DNA of 64,000 nucleotides. It comes from Phoronis australis. Its lineage: Eukaryota > Animalia > Phoronida. Under the pieces are notes generated by a model. The model ran no database searches and was not told where the DNA came from. It saw nothing but the letters and a program-made list of their open reading frames with translations. The DNA is taken from assembly GCA_002633005.1 (NCBI GenBank), contig NMRA01000220.1, positions 511,337 to 575,336 of the forward strand. Direction: 5' to 3'. Below are positions 36,887-51,900 of the stretch, in pieces; the first letter of the stretch is position 1, and every line of letters begins with the position of its first letter. A program made the position numbers and the translations under genes.

Positions 36887-38487
36887 AGGAGCGTGCCACC
36901 CCAAAACAACCTAATTTGTATCAATTTAGATTGAGTAGTTCTACTCCATAACGACACGTACGGTTGCGTTACCTGACACCTGACGGCAGACGGAGGTGTT
37001 GAAATTATCGGTTTCACAGGCAGTCTGTTCAGCAGTTCACAACACGGCTTACTGGTGTCAGCTTATCGCTTGAAGTCATCGTTTAACACCAATAAATCAT
37101 CAAACTTCGATGTAAAACCCTTAAAAATACACCGAGTTCTTATAAAAACGTGTTGTTTTATTTCGCTCTTACGGATTTATTGGTATTTGGACACACCATA
37201 GCCTACAAATTTCGGCAGGTCAATAAGGTCCGTAGCAGGAGTTTAGGATCTGTTCGGAGATAATTTCGAAGTATTTTCCGTGAGATAAAGACAGGAGAAC
37301 CTAGATCTGTGTTTTTTAGACTAATGATTTTTTGATTTCTAAACACAAAACGCTGGTTATCCCGGCCAGTGGCTCGGAAACTGATCAGACATTACGAACA
37401 TAAACCAGCCAAAGTTCAGTGGAAACTAAACTTCGAGTCAAGAAAATACTATACTAGTGAGCCAAAGTAATGTACACGTGATTATGTTGGTGAATTAGCC
37501 ACGAAACTGCAAATCTACTTACTCGTCGGGGGCCGCGAATTCACTAGGGTTCCGCTTTGGCCCGCAAAGCACCCTCTGGGCAGAAGTTGTACATTGACAA
37601 TCATTATTTGAGTAATGTAAACGTAGATAAAGATTCCCCTAACACCTAGCCGTGGGATGGAAATTGAGTTGTTTCACAACAGTTTCTGTCAGCAAACACT
37701 AAATTAGCATGAGCTCACACGGCCTCGGTGGCCCGTCAATGAGTTTTATTGCACCTAAAACCGGTAATGCAGTGATTTATTCATTGCTGGCTTGTCAAAT
37801 CACTTGCACTCACAAACACTCCAAAGGCATTACAAATTGCATCTAATGAGACAGACTTTGTTTCAGTTGGTTAGGGTGAGAAGGCATTTCGAAACAGAAC
37901 GCTCAGTACTAAACGCCAACATGGCAACTCGCAATCCCGACTTAGGACGAGCTAGAGCTCATCAGTCCCGACTTCGCAGGTGGATCGTTAAGTTTTACAG
38001 GCTATCAATTCAAACAGGAATACAGTGATGAAGAAATACTAGAGAGGCGCCGTGAACAAGCTCAGACAACGGAACATGGAGTTATTTGGTAAGCCGGCCA
38101 TTCGTCACTGAGGCACTGTCGACGTCTGCATGCCACAGACACGGAGATGTTTCACGGCCTCATACTTGCTATTTACAGCGTACATTTCATTCTTCACTAC
38201 AATGAGCCACTTCTTAAGCATTTTGGACTCTCGAGGAAGTAAAATACAAAACGATATACCCGCTTTCCTCGCAGCTGCTTAGTTCGGACAAGCGGCAACG
38301 ATGTACCGCATCATAGCGGCATTCACTCTGCGTAAGAACCACTGACGTCGCTAGCGTCGTTTCTCACCTTCCTCACAGGTTAACGCGACACCTCTTGGCA
38401 AGGTAAGGCGACCGTATGCGAGGCGATGTGGATTTTGACCGATTAAGATTACAAAAAAGACTAAGTTAAATCGGGTGACATTCTCCT
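36887..38487. mobile_element. Kolobok-type DNA transposon deletion derivative (family 2, copy 1)
   Basis: TTAA target duplication at 36883-36886 and 38488-38491. TIRs AGGAGCGTGCCACCC / GGGTGACATTCTCCT. Colinear with 50442-52242. Decayed KolX-like start MATRNPDL at 37921 (+) and a decayed THAP on the minus strand at ~38100-38315. Confidence 0.85.
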
Positions 38488-39987
38488 TTAAGAGCTGTAT
38501 TCGCATATTCGTAAAAGCTATGAATATGAAAATTTATCACCAATGTTCGCTGTAATTTTGTCATTTGTTTTGTTTTGATAACCATGACATATCCTGCCTT
38601 CCATATCTGCGGAAGAATATGAAATCAAAACCGACCTCATTAAATCGCGAGGTCATGCTGGACACGTCGCGTTAAGAAAACATTACATATAATTGTGGTT
38701 GGATGTTATTCGTTTAAAGAATTATTTTTAAGCTCTATTGATTTACACGAACCCATGACCTTGCGTATCCCACCACGCCACACTGCTTTCTCTGTCGTCT
38801 AAAGACCGCCGTTAATCTGACAACACCTCCTAACGCTGGGTGATTGTTGTCTTGTTTACCGGCAACACGTGCACGCAGGTTGGTTCTTATTTATTACAGA
38901 TAATTTTGCGGCTTGCAAGCCATGGTGCATTGGCAGGATTATTTACGAGCATCCAGCATCAGCAATCCTGCATAGACTCCTATCAACCTCACTTTCGACA
39001 CCGACTGTGTGGTAGGCCTCTACCGGGTCTCAATGGCATTGCGATGGTTGATACTTAAAATATGCGTACGTGATGATAATTGTTTCTGATGATATCGAGA
39101 ATTCAGTGCAGCCAACTTGAATGAGGGTGAACTTTAACTTATGTACACAAAAAGCCTTTTAAAGGGAAATTGTCGAGAAGGGACCTCAACATATGTGCCA
39201 ATTTTCATAAATTTGCTACAGCAATTTGAAATACAACTGTCGCGTAAGTACAGTGGCCATATTGCAGAGTGCAGTCAGTAGTGAGCAGACTGTGTTCCGT
39301 CGATCTGAAGGCTCCCTTGTGAAAAATCCCATAATACAAGCAACAATCTTCGTAAGTTTTCAAGGCTTTTAATACAATGGCATTTTGTTTGCTACAAAGT
39401 GTAACAACGGGAACCGTGCTTTTTCCGTGTCTACTAGGAATACCGTATACCACGATAACGTGTCACTCATCGGCCAATTGAGGTCGCTGAAGTCAATGCT
39501 TTCCAGTATTTCCAACGAGTTTGCATCCTATTTCAGATAAATTTTATTTGAATATCAAACTGAAAATATCATTGCAGATATTGGAGTCTTATTCGCTTCT
39601 ATTCTGATATTAGTGTTCTTTGCTACATTTCATTGTGTTTCTGAGATATGACGTTCGAAAGTTTGCTAAATTTTCCATTTCCGAGGGAACTAGATAACCT
39701 TAAATCCCCTAACCACGCAGTCCTGGGCCAGAAAACACCAAGCTAGGGTGGGAGGGATCGTACCTGGAATTTAGAGGCGCAGCCGTAGAAGGGTTTCCAC
39801 CAGCTAAAATGTAGCAAATTACGGTGCATAAATATTTGCATAATTATATGTTCTTGTGAACTGTGTGCCGGTTGGTCTATTACAGGTGTAAATGTAGACG
39901 AAAATAAAGTTTTCATCTGAAAATTACAGTGTAGGGAAAAATGCGAAACTTGATTTATTCATTTTTACATAATAATTAAATTTTGAA

Positions 39988-42900
39988 TTAAATTTGAATT
40001 GCGTTGACGACAGCTTTCGTGGCGGCCCAGATTTCTCTGCCGCTGTTAGGTATCTCCGAATCGTCGACAACAAAACCACTGCTGCTCATGCGGGAGGGGA
40101 ACAGTTCCAGAACATACGAGTACTTGATGCCAGCGACTCCTTTAGCCCAATCATATGAACCACCGGACGCAGGATCTAATGGAAAACATTCAATAAATTA
40201 TTAGTGTCCAGCAAGAATCAATGACAGGCTTCAGTAGATAAGTTACGCACAACGAAAAATTTCTCAAACAGCGCTTCTGACAGCTCTGCCTTGTCTTATT
40301 GCCAGTTTATTAAGTCGCACGCTCGTTTACTTGTGGTAACAAAAATTCTAGCACATCTTCCTATCGTTGCACTGTACACGTGCATGCTTTACTTACAGAG
40401 AATTGAAGGAGGGTTTCCAATTTCAAAGTCTCGCCCGTTCACTGATTTTAGAGCTTCCTTTCCAATAGTAGCCACTCTTTCCTGAAAAGGGAATGATATT
40501 TTTCGTTTTTCTAATGAAACCTGTTTTGGTTTCTGACAGAATAGGCCACCATAATAACTGAAACCATGACATATTTTTGTATCAAAAAGAATTTAGAACT
40601 CCCTGATACGTTTTGTACAACTGTGGTTATAATTGCTATTTGTATGTGATAGTTCATTGCCGACCCACTGTGTTATGTTTAAGGTATAAAAGGGTCTGGT
40701 CCGCTTAATTGTGTGTTCTAAATTCTCAGGTTAAGCATGCTGCCGAATGTCGTTTCCGTTTTCCAGTAATAATATTACACATGCATATCACCAGTTTCTC
40801 TTCAGGCTTCCAGCTTCATACTTTACAGCTAGCAGCGTTTGTTCGCATACAGCTTAATTCAAAATTCACTTCTCAGCTACATGTAGTACGCTCGGCAAAA
40901 TTTTGTAATAAGGGAAAATCTCCGTCCACGGACTGTTTTCAGTAAATGTTTTGTACTTATCGAAGAGTTAGGCCACTGTCTCATAAGAAATTCAATTCGT
41001 AACGTCTTCGGCAAAATCAATTTATCTGTCATTTTAAGAATTTTGCGCATTCGACCATCACTACAAAATTGTTGTTTTTACATTTTCAAAATCCCCTTGG
41101 GTATACACTGTAGCTAATCATGTGTAGAAAACGATGAACATCCTTCTTGCCACTTGACCTAAGGGTCAAGTTTTCCGTAGCAATCTGATTATGAGTAAAC
41201 ACAAACAAGTTCATGGTCAACGTATTGCTTCCGATACATAGCGTAATCAGATTGACAAAAGTACATAGTTTCTGCTTTCTAAAGACGTCAAGAATTTTAC
41301 AAATGAAACTAATGTGACCACGTGCTTTGTGTGTAATGAATGGTGATATCTCGCGAAGTCCTGCGTGATCTTGCGTTTTCACGACTATGGGGGTCTACGG
41401 AGCGCAGGCCATACGTCACAAACAGGAATACTAAAAGACAATAAGAGCAAAACAATACAGATAATCAGAGGTGCAGTGGCACATTAAGGCTGCCTTGGCA
41501 TATTCAGGAAATGTATTCTGCGGATAGAGACATAAGCGGTCTCACCTGATTTTTTGTTATCTTCACTAGCCAAGAGTCAGCTTGTTATTTGTTATTTGTT
41601 TTTAGCACATCAAGTCTGTAGATACTGCTTTTATCACAGGGGAATATTCAACAATGCGTTCCGCCAACTGCCTCGGCTCTTAGTGGCTAATAACTGATGT
41701 TGTTTAATTTTTGTGCGAGGAAACCATTTTGGTTGCTCGTCATCCTTTTTAAGCACATACAGTAGTGACTTTCGCAAAAAAAATAAATTAACGTGTTTGT
41801 CTGTTGGTGATCTGCTTCACAACTGCACGCTGGAAGATAAGAGATTGTGTAGAGAGCGCGAGTGGGCATATACCTATTGAGCTGCTTTACAAAAACTACA
41901 GTCGTACCTTCAACCAAACAGGACTCCCGAAATACAGTCGCATGGACCAGTATTCCGAAAAAATTCCAAATGTAGGCCCATGCACTTTGTAGTGTTTCCG
42001 AAAATGAACAGTGTCAGTGGGTATCTGACACAAACGAAGCTTTATGAGAAACAGGGCAGTGATTCACCACCTTTTTCGCTATCAAAGAAAAGCTAAATTG
42101 TCGCAAATAAGCATCACAGTAGTTGAAATCGTCTGCAAATCTACGTCAGTCGTGATCACCTCATTAAGAACACATTAGGAAATTTGAAAACTTATCTTTT
42201 AAGCGGTTTGACGAACAGAGGAAGAACGCCGAAAATAAACGAAACTAAATAATAAAATGACAACAAGTGAACAAAACTCTTGTGGAGACCGTCTGAAAAT
42301 TGGAAAATAACGTCCTTAAAAGGATATCTTACCCATGTTCGGCCTTTTAATAGAAATAAAATAACGTCCCTATCTAGTGCTCTAAAACAAAATAAGGCTG
42401 TAACCCTCGGCAACCCTCAAATATTTCTAGCAAAATTTGAAAATTCATTGGAAAGTTTACTAAACCGGCAAACGTAATCAACGGGTTTGGCGAGTTACAC
42501 AACAACTGTAGGGAAAGACCACCACCAAGTACTACAATACTCTTTCTGTGACAAAGAGAATATTAAGTTTTTAGTATCCTTTTATTAGAAACTAATTTGT
42601 CGAATTCCATGAAAATCTGACAAGAAACTCCGTGAATATAGAGGGTAGCATAAAACACCCAAATTGACCTATTGCCAGGATTTTGAGTGACGGCTTAACT
42701 GACCAATTAGAATGCAGCTGTCTTGACACACCTTCTTTTCCAAGCAGCCATTTTACCAGATAAACAGCACGTTTACCCGGTAAAAAGTCTTATTTGTATG
42801 TCGACACTTCGCAAGGGGGCGGAGCTTGCGATAGGTCAGTTGCCGGTAGGAGGCACAGCGGAAATTGAATCCATTCGACTTTGGCTCATGCCGTCCCATC

Positions 42901-45900
42901 CATGATAGGTGTGGAACATGTGTTCACGAAAATCCATAAAGGGTCTTTGGAGGTACATGTAGAATGGCGAGGTTTTGTGTTTATGGTGGTTGTGACAACT
43001 TAGCATTTGACCTCGCTGTGGGTTTTTTTCACTTTCCCGCGGGACATTAGAGAAGCGCATGTGTGGCAGATGTTTGTACAAGAAACTCGCGTGTTGGTGG
43101 ACATGACACACTGACGCAAATGTATGTCACACCCACGACTCGGTGGAGCTAAGAAAATGATTTCTATTAAAATCGCTTTTCTTCTATATTCTCGTTTTTG
43201 GATATTGAATTCGCAATTGTGATAAGCAGTGATATAACGGTTTAATGAAGCTTACTATGTTCAAATCATGTTTTAAGCACTTAAATACATATCAGCAAAA
43301 ATAAAACTAATAATGGACTTATGTCCTACCGTGTTGACGTAAACGAAAACCCGCGGAATCATACGTGTCCCCGTAGTTGGGCCAGCGGTGCTGGTTCATT
43401 GTGCTTTTGAGAGATTGCTTGGTTTCACCCTCGTAGGACTCAGTACACCCCTTGTCCTAACACACAAAGCCATAAACCACATTGGAGACTTTTTCCCTGG
43501 GAACCGAGGCAATCTAGGAATGGTAGAGAATTGCTCTTGCTGTATTCGTGTGTACATGTGATGTTCGGGTCTCTGTGATTGACGAAATCAAACAAAACTT
43601 ACTCAACTCAGATTTCTTGAGAATCACGAATGTGTCAACGACGTACCTCAACCACAAGATGGAGGAGTACCATCGTAGCTGTCCAGAGCTTTCCTCGCCG
43701 ATTACGTCAGTCGGACACCACCACGGCAGTTGCTAGTCCTCGCGATGAGGACGCAACGTGCGTCTCTCAGTTGAAATGTAAGTCCAGTACAGTGTATTAA
43801 TTTTAAGTTAATTTGCTGATATGTATCGACTGGAGGTTTAAAATTCACCATATGACTTAAATACATATATACGCGGGTACACACGTACGGATAATACATA
43901 AATACATGTACATGTGTGTGCGTGTGTTTCTGTGTGTGCGTGCGAGTGTGTGTGTTGGCGCATACAATGTAGGAGACATTTCGCCACCATTAAACTGTCA
44001 ATGTAAAATTATAAAACGAAACTCACACCATTCTTAAATTCGCATTTTTGGTGTTGACTGTTAATAATCCTTTACTTGCATCTGGTGGTTTCTATAGTCT
44101 TGCTGGTAACGAAAGTCTTATTCTGTCACAGTACGGAACGTTGTGAAACCGACTTTGCGAGCTTAAGTGGCTTAATTCATTTTTTCGCTTCCTGGTCAAA
44201 CGAAGGAAAATGTAATTTCGAGTAACAGTACTAGGATACCATTGAAACCACTGATGTACCCCAATCTCACACCAAACGTCACAATCTCCGCTAAAAGATC
44301 CCTGTTTCCGAAAGTAGACCCGACAGCCAAAGCTTGTATTTGGGCAATAGAGGGGTATTTATGACGTGTTCTGTACACACGTTTTGAGTGTTTACTAACA
44401 AAAACGTTCCCGGTACAAACTTAATCTCACTTAGGATCCTACTGGTTCTCAGATTACAACACCCTTTTACAAACCATGGTTAGAATGAGAGCACTACAAG
44501 TTTCCGAAAAATCACAAATTTTTCAAAAGACCTTGAGGTATTTTGGTCGCAGACTTACGTCGGGAAAACGTCGGACGCTTAATTCAAGGATTCCTTTTAT
44601 TTAGAGTCCACGAAAATCCTCTCAGATTACACAATTGTGGAGGTAATTACATGTAGCTCTGCTGTTTTGCTTTAACTGTTTTATTCCGACAAGAAGAGCG
44701 CTTGTTACGGAAATTCAAACATTGCTGTTTTCACTAAAGTAAATAATCATTTCATGTTGAACATGGATGCGTGCAAAATTGCTACACAACATTTTTTTTG
44801 AAAACGTCAAGAGACAAATGCTTTTTAAAATGTGCTGTAACAATTTCTGGAGGTGTATTTTATCTACTTACTAGTTCTGCCACATCACTTGGTTGCACCC
44901 TGTTAGTGTAGGCCCAAGGCGTCAGCCAAAGCTGGGAGTAGGCGTGAAGGGAGAAGAAGAGCTTTAAATTCTCCCTCTTTTCCATGACAAAGTCCCGGAT
45001 GTTTTGCGTACATTTCTCGGAAAATGCGTGCGGTCCGGCGTAAAGGAGATTGCAGGGCTCGGGGCTTGTGCCAGTCTCTGCCAATTAAGAAAGAGACTTT
45101 GAACAACCATCAGGGACGAGTTTCGGGGACGCACGACACTTAGGTTATGGAACGAAAGTAGTGGCATCTGCTTGCAGCATGGTTCAATATGCAAGCCTCA
45201 CCGAAGAATCGTTTGACTGACGACCACTGCGTAAAAAGATCACGGACATACTCTTGAACTTACACTCGCCTTTATCTCGCTTGATTTCAAGTGGTCTTGC
45301 GTGATCTTTCCTTACGGGACACGAGCTCGAGTGGATACACAGCAATGCATCGCGCAGGCGTGCTTCTCACGTCGCAGCATTGCACTTACATTGACGAGCG
45401 GACCCGAAAGAAAGGTAACGGTTATTAATGCGGAGCGGTGGGAACAAACAAATTAGATTTTGCCAAAATCTCCCCCCATGTCGCCTTCATTCTCGCCTAT
45501 GCCACATCTTTTGAAATCCCCCAATCGCCACCAACTTCGCCCCATGCATGTCGTTATCAACTGTGCACTTTACCAGTAGCCACCACGGTTACACACCAGT
45601 ATCGCTGCAGATTATTTAACTTAAAACACATGCACCCCACAACCCACTTATAATGGTCCAGCAGGGTCATAGCTGGACTGAAGTTTGGAGGATGGTTAGA
45701 ACGCTGCTGTCCTCGGACTGTCGTCATATGAAACTGTTAAAGATTATTTACCACTCCAGTGAAAGTCAAAATTTCTGTTGGCATCAGTTCCAAAACACGT
45801 TCTCCAGCCATTGTTACGTGGTGAACGAGTTTTACGCCATAATCGTTCCTGAAAAAGCAATATAACCGAGTATATTCAAGGCAATATAGTCACAAGCAGG

Positions 45901-48900
45901 TATTTCTACGCCAGTGTGTTTCTAAAACAAGCAATTACTGCATAGATTACATATTCAAAGACGGCCAACATTGACAATAAACGTTTCATGCGCAACATCT
46001 ACCGGTTGATATTCCTATTTATTGGATTTCCTGCTCGATACATTATTTTTCCTTCGAAACAGAAAATTAAATAGTTACGTGCTGTGCTCTTATTCGTCCA
46101 AACATCATTTCTCAACTCATTTAACAGTTTACTTGCAAATCTGATCAAAGGCTTGTGAAGGTAGGGCAACAGGATCAAACAGTTTTTAAAGTACAAATCC
46201 CGGAGTATTTGATGTCTCGTTATGTCAGATTTGTCAAATACTTTCACTATTCGTTGTAACATGAACCTTCACAATGCCGGGAAAATGTTTGAAGGAATTT
46301 GTAACAATTACTTACCACAATCTTGAAGCCAGTGGAGGATATCTTGATCACACATTGCGGATATACGGTTCCGGGGGGTGTCCCTCCTAGCTTACCGGGA
46401 GCATTTGAGCGCTATCGATAATACCGGGCGAATGGTTGGACCTTTCCAACCATTCACCCGGTATTTGCGATACCTGGAGAATGGGCCTTTTAGAAAGACG
46501 TTTCGGCATCTTATTGGTCTTAGGAATTAGCTCACTTTATTAGGACTGACCCCGTGATTTGTACTTTAAGTGATCATAATATTATTGTGATCATTATGAT
46601 CGAGACTATGGTTATCATTCGTGAACTTTCATGCGTTATATACATGTATACACAAAACGTACCGAGAGTGGCGTACATGAAGTAATATCCCACGAGACAT
46701 TATTACGCGTATCGACCGAGACCGAATTAATCCCATATGCTTCTTTTATTTTTCTGCAGATTTTTTAAATACTTCCCTAAGACTGTTCACGTGGCGGATC
46801 ACCTCCTATACATGTATGTATGTACTTGCGCGTTAGGCTGCAAGTTTTCTCTAGTGAAAGAAGCAGTTTTAAATGTGACGATTTATTTCTTGAAAAGAGA
46901 TAACAAAGATGAATACAAGGGTAACTTTTCGTTGAACTTGTAACATTTCCTGAAAATAGTTAAGTAACAACAATATTTGATATTGTAGTTACCGAGGGAT
47001 CGGCGCCTGAGTTCCAGACGATAAAATATTTAGCAAACGAAAACTGAGACAGAACTATCATATAACTAACAGTCCTGTTCCAGATGTTACGATTGAGACC
47101 TGATTGTATGTTGATCATTACTTACACTGCTATAATTGTATTACTTTAAACTATTTTCCGAAAATTTGGTGATCGAACCGGCTAACGACGTCGAGTCGAC
47201 ATTGACCTACCTTTTGAACTTTTCACGTCAGAGGTCACAGTTGAAGTAATGCGGGAGGTGAATAAGGAAAACTTTATTACATGGCCGTATTTCCCCTCGA
47301 CAGATTCAACGCGTATGGGATAAATGTTTTTCTTACCGAAGTGTGAGAGTACTCGTATCCGTCTGGATTAGCCACGGGGAGAATGTACCAATCAAACCTG
47401 TCCACCAGCTGCTTGACTTCAGGACGAGTGGAATAGTCTTTGACCAGTCTCTCGATGATGTATACCAAGGTGGCTACCGTCAGCCATTCGCGACCGTGCA
47501 TACCAGCGTCCAGCCATAAGGCAGGCTTAGTGTAACCATTTGCACTGGGTCTCCCAACCTACATTGTGCCGAAAGAACACTGGTTGTAAGACGTACTGAC
47601 TGCGCCCACGTGGCATAGTTACCATCACCATCACAAGTTGTTCCAACAGTCAGGCTGCAAGTTTCTAAAGCGATGCCACGCAAATTTTCTCAAGATGTTA
47701 CCATGCATTACAGCGCAGCACCCGCTCACAAAATATAGCGATTGTGTTGTGTCAACGGAAAGCGTACATTTGTACCTAGTAACGCAAAGGCGGATTTAGG
47801 AAGGGGGGGGGGCAAGAAACATGCATGACGTCAGGTGCATTGTTCAACAATAACGACGAAACGCGTGATAATGCGACGTTATTGTTGCTACTGTATACGG
47901 CGTATAAAATATATGGAGCTGGGCCCAGGTATCTCTGTCTGGCCAGGAATTTAGCGTTGCTTACTGGATGAAAATATCCTGTAACTTGAACCCATAATAG
48001 AAGTGACCGACGGAATTCTTTATTTTATGAAGTTGAAATGGCCAAAGAAATTGTTAAACGACAACGGCGTGGAATAAAGCAGTTACAAACACCGTCGGGA
48101 ACAAGAGGGTTTGTGTGGAGGATCTGCTGATGTTATTTGTACTCCCTTGCCAATAGCTACATGTAACACCAATGGACGGAAAATCTACCTTCTTCCAAAA
48201 ACACCGCCATAGGAGGACCTGTCGATGCTGTGAAAATTGTTCGATTTCTGCTTTACGAGGGTTGGCTGGCTTCGGCCTCACTGAGGTTTTATAAATGCAA
48301 GAGCTGATGGAGGCTCTGCCATACTGTCCAACAAAGTGCAAGTCATCTTAAGCAGTTGTTGCCCTCCGAAGGCTTTCCCCAATAGTAATACATGTAGATT
48401 GACCACGAGGTACAATCGCTTGGCTGCTGAGCTGAATTAGGGGAATATCTGTAGCATATGGGTTCTCCCTCGAGTTACATGTATGTTTCAACGTGCCAGG
48501 TCACTGCATCCTACGATGTCAGGTTTTCCTAGATTTCTTATGTCTTTTCAGTCACTTATGCATTATCGCAATTGAGCTCTTGTCGTGCTCGAGTTCTTCG
48601 ATCCTTTGGCCAGATAGCTGTATTTTTTGAATTCCTAAAGGCAGTTAGGATAAACACCTCAAATCTGTCTATGAAATGGAAAGGAAAATGCTTGTGCACT
48701 ATACTCATTGTTGTAGTTAGAAGAAAGTTTCAACCGAAAAAGCATGCTGATAATACGACTGAAACAACATTTTATACGCGTAATGCCAGATATGGTGGTT
48801 CGGGTATCTCTAGCATGATCAAGTGGTGCACATGCGGTCATTCGGAACACTTCGGGTGTTTTCGTAGTTTCTTATCCAAATCTAATCGCACTGAGTTAGT

Positions 48901-51900
48901 AAAATATGCTTGTCCCTGTTATCCCAATCCCCCTCCACAATCCCAAGTGCTTACCTTCAGTACCTTCATCTCTCGTCCTTCGTAGGTCTGTCCAATGTCA
49001 ATTATCTCGGCAATTCCAGAATTCAATGTAGCCAGCTGGCCAAGCCACGTGTTCACCTAGACATCCAAAGGTTGATATCAATTGGCACTTTAAACCGTTG
49101 GGTTTGCTGATCACTTCGAGAAACTTCATATGCAGCGTTGTTGACATGACAACAAAACATGAGTATCAAATTCAAAGCTGTGTGGAATAACAAACTGAAC
49201 AATCAAAAGTGTGCGTGTGCTTTTAAGTTGGCTTATTTCTACTGTAATAAGTTTTTTATTGTTTCGACAAGACGTCCCTATCTCATTTTTTGTCAGTTCA
49301 CACCATATTGATACACTGCAGTTCTCTTGAATGGCAAGTTCTTTTTCGTCGTCTAAGTTCAACCTGTCAGATTAGGCATCCGTACCTGTTTAAATGTTCA
49401 ATTATGCACGTTTAATTTACATGCACCTTTCGTTGACATTTCTACAGTAGTTTTCAAAGTAAAGAGGGCAACATAGACAGTTTCAGGACACAAAACCGCG
49501 ACTTAGCAATCATTTAATCAACTAGGTCCTGGCTGAATCTCGACAAAATCTCGGCAGGTTTTTCTTCATCGACGTTCTGCGCAAATTCTTAAATAAATAA
49601 CCATTTAGCAGCTAGGGGCAATGACGTCACATTAGACTCCGGCAAAAGTTTGACAAAACGCTATTTTATTGAGCTAAAGGTTCGATTAAACTGGCAAATA
49701 GTTCTGTGAGGATGCTTATTCATATAAGTCAAAGTCTGTCAGTGATCTGTCGAGGTCTGTTTTTGTTTTTTCGAAGACCAGTGTATATATTACAACAATA
49801 ATGCAAACTTACGTCGTCAAATCGAGGAAACGTATTAACTATAGAAATCAGCGATCGCTTGCGACGATTGGATCGCGCGATGTCGTTGTTTCGGCGCTCC
49901 ACATCTATGGCAACTTGGATATCTCTGGAAGTAGTCAATTGAATTCACGATTTAAATGATGAGAAAATGAAAGATTTTCAACTATGAGTCATGCAATGCA
50001 TATCATTAAGTATGGTGTTTAGTTTTCATATGTGAGCAAAATATTTCCTCAAGCACAATGGGTGCGCTTTATTGAATTCGCCCATTGCACCGTGTCAACT
50101 ATCTTAAGTCATCATGATTGGCCTGTAACCTAGAAGCCGTCATTGCAAATCAATCAGATGTCTTACCATGTGAACCCAGTGAAACCAACTAAGTCAAACA
50201 AATGTAACCAATCTAAAACAAAAATGAAAACTAGCCTAAAATTCTCTTCCCTTCAACCCTTTAATAGGACATTATATGGGTCCTGTCTATGTTTTCTAAG
50301 CGTAATTGGAACCACGGTGCTATGTCTAAATTTAGGCGCCAGAACATACAATTGTGTGAAACATTTAAGTAACGCCAAGTTACAAGTTTAGAACCTTGCA
50401 ATTTGAATGTTGAGCTATTCTTTGCAAAAGAAGGAATTGAAAGGAGAATGCCACCCAAAAAACAACTATTTTGTATCAGTTTAGATCGAGAAGTTCTACT
50501 CGATAACTGCACGTTCGGTTGCGTTACGTGTCACCTGACGGCAGACGGAGGTGTTGAAATTATCCAATGACGTCATTGGTTTCACACGCAGTATGTTCAG
50601 CAGTTCATAACATGGGTTATTGGTGTCAGCTTATCGCTTGAATTCATCGTTTAACGCCAATAAATCATCAAACTTCGATGTAAAACACTTAAAAATACAC
50701 CGAGTTCTTATAAAAACGTGTCGTTTTATTTCGCTGTTACCGATTTATTGGTATTTGGACACACCGTAGCCTACAAAGTTCGGCAGGCCAATTTACCAAG
50801 GTCCGTAGCAGAAGTTTGGGGTCTGTTCGGAGATAAATTCGAAGTGTTCTTCCGTGAAATACAGACAGGAGAACTTAGATCTGTGTTGTTTAAACTTGTG
50901 ATTTTTTGAGTTCTAAACACGCAAAACGCTTGTTATATCGGCCAGTGGCTCGGAACCCGATCAGGCCCGTCGCGGCCGGACTGACTCATTATCCCGGCTA
51001 GTGGCTAGGAAACCGATCAGGCCTGACGCGGCCGGACTGAAGACATCACGAACATAAACCCGCCAAAGTAAGAAAAACTTCCACTGTATGCCAAAGAAGT
51101 AATGTGCAGGTAATTATGTTGGTAAGGTAGCCACGAAACTTGAAATCTACTTACTCGTCGGGGGCCGCGAATTCAGGTTCCGCTTTGGCCACAGAACAGT
51201 CAGGGCAGAAGTTGTACATTGACAACCATTATTTGAATAATGTATGTGCAAATAAAAATTCCCCTAACACCTGGTTGTGGGGTAGAAAATCGATGTATTG
51301 TTTCACAAAAGTTTCTGTCGGCAAACACTGAATGCGCTCACACGGACTCGGTGTCCGTCAATTAGTTTTCACTATTGCATCTAAGGCCGGTAACGCAGTG
51401 ATTTATTCATTGCTGGCTTCTCAAATCATTTGCACTCACGAACACTCCAGAGGCATTGCAAACTGCATATAATGAGACAGACTTGATTTCAGTTTTACAT
51501 AAGTATTGGTGAGGGTGAGGATAATTCATTTTGAAACAGAACGCTCAGTAATAAACGCCAACATGGCAACTCGCAATTCCGACTTGGAGGAGTACTCATC
51601 TGACGAAGACTTCCCAGGTAGATCGTCAGGTTTCTCAGGATATCAGTTCGAACCAGAATACACTGATCAAGAAATATTAGGGAGGCGCCGTGAACGTGCA
51701 CAGACAATGGAGCATATGGATAGTTCCCAAAAACCGTCTCAATGACTTGTCATGGTGTCAGTGCGCTAACTGCACCATAATGGAAACGAATGACGCTTGC
51801 GTTTGTTGCCACGAAACTCAACATGTGAAACGCCTTCTTGGAGAAGCAAGCCGGTATTCCTCAATGAAATCACTATACACGAAATGCCGGCCACAGACAC

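Noticed and set aside
38900-39011. AG...GT-bounded segment that could be a + strand exon between copies B and C
   Set aside because: I found no recognisable protein similarity and no partner exons.
48054-48985. ORFs of 95-137 aa in intron 5 of copy C (and 57950-58279 upstream)
   Set aside because: No motifs, splice structure or paralog support. Treated as chance ORFs or unrecognisable TE debris.
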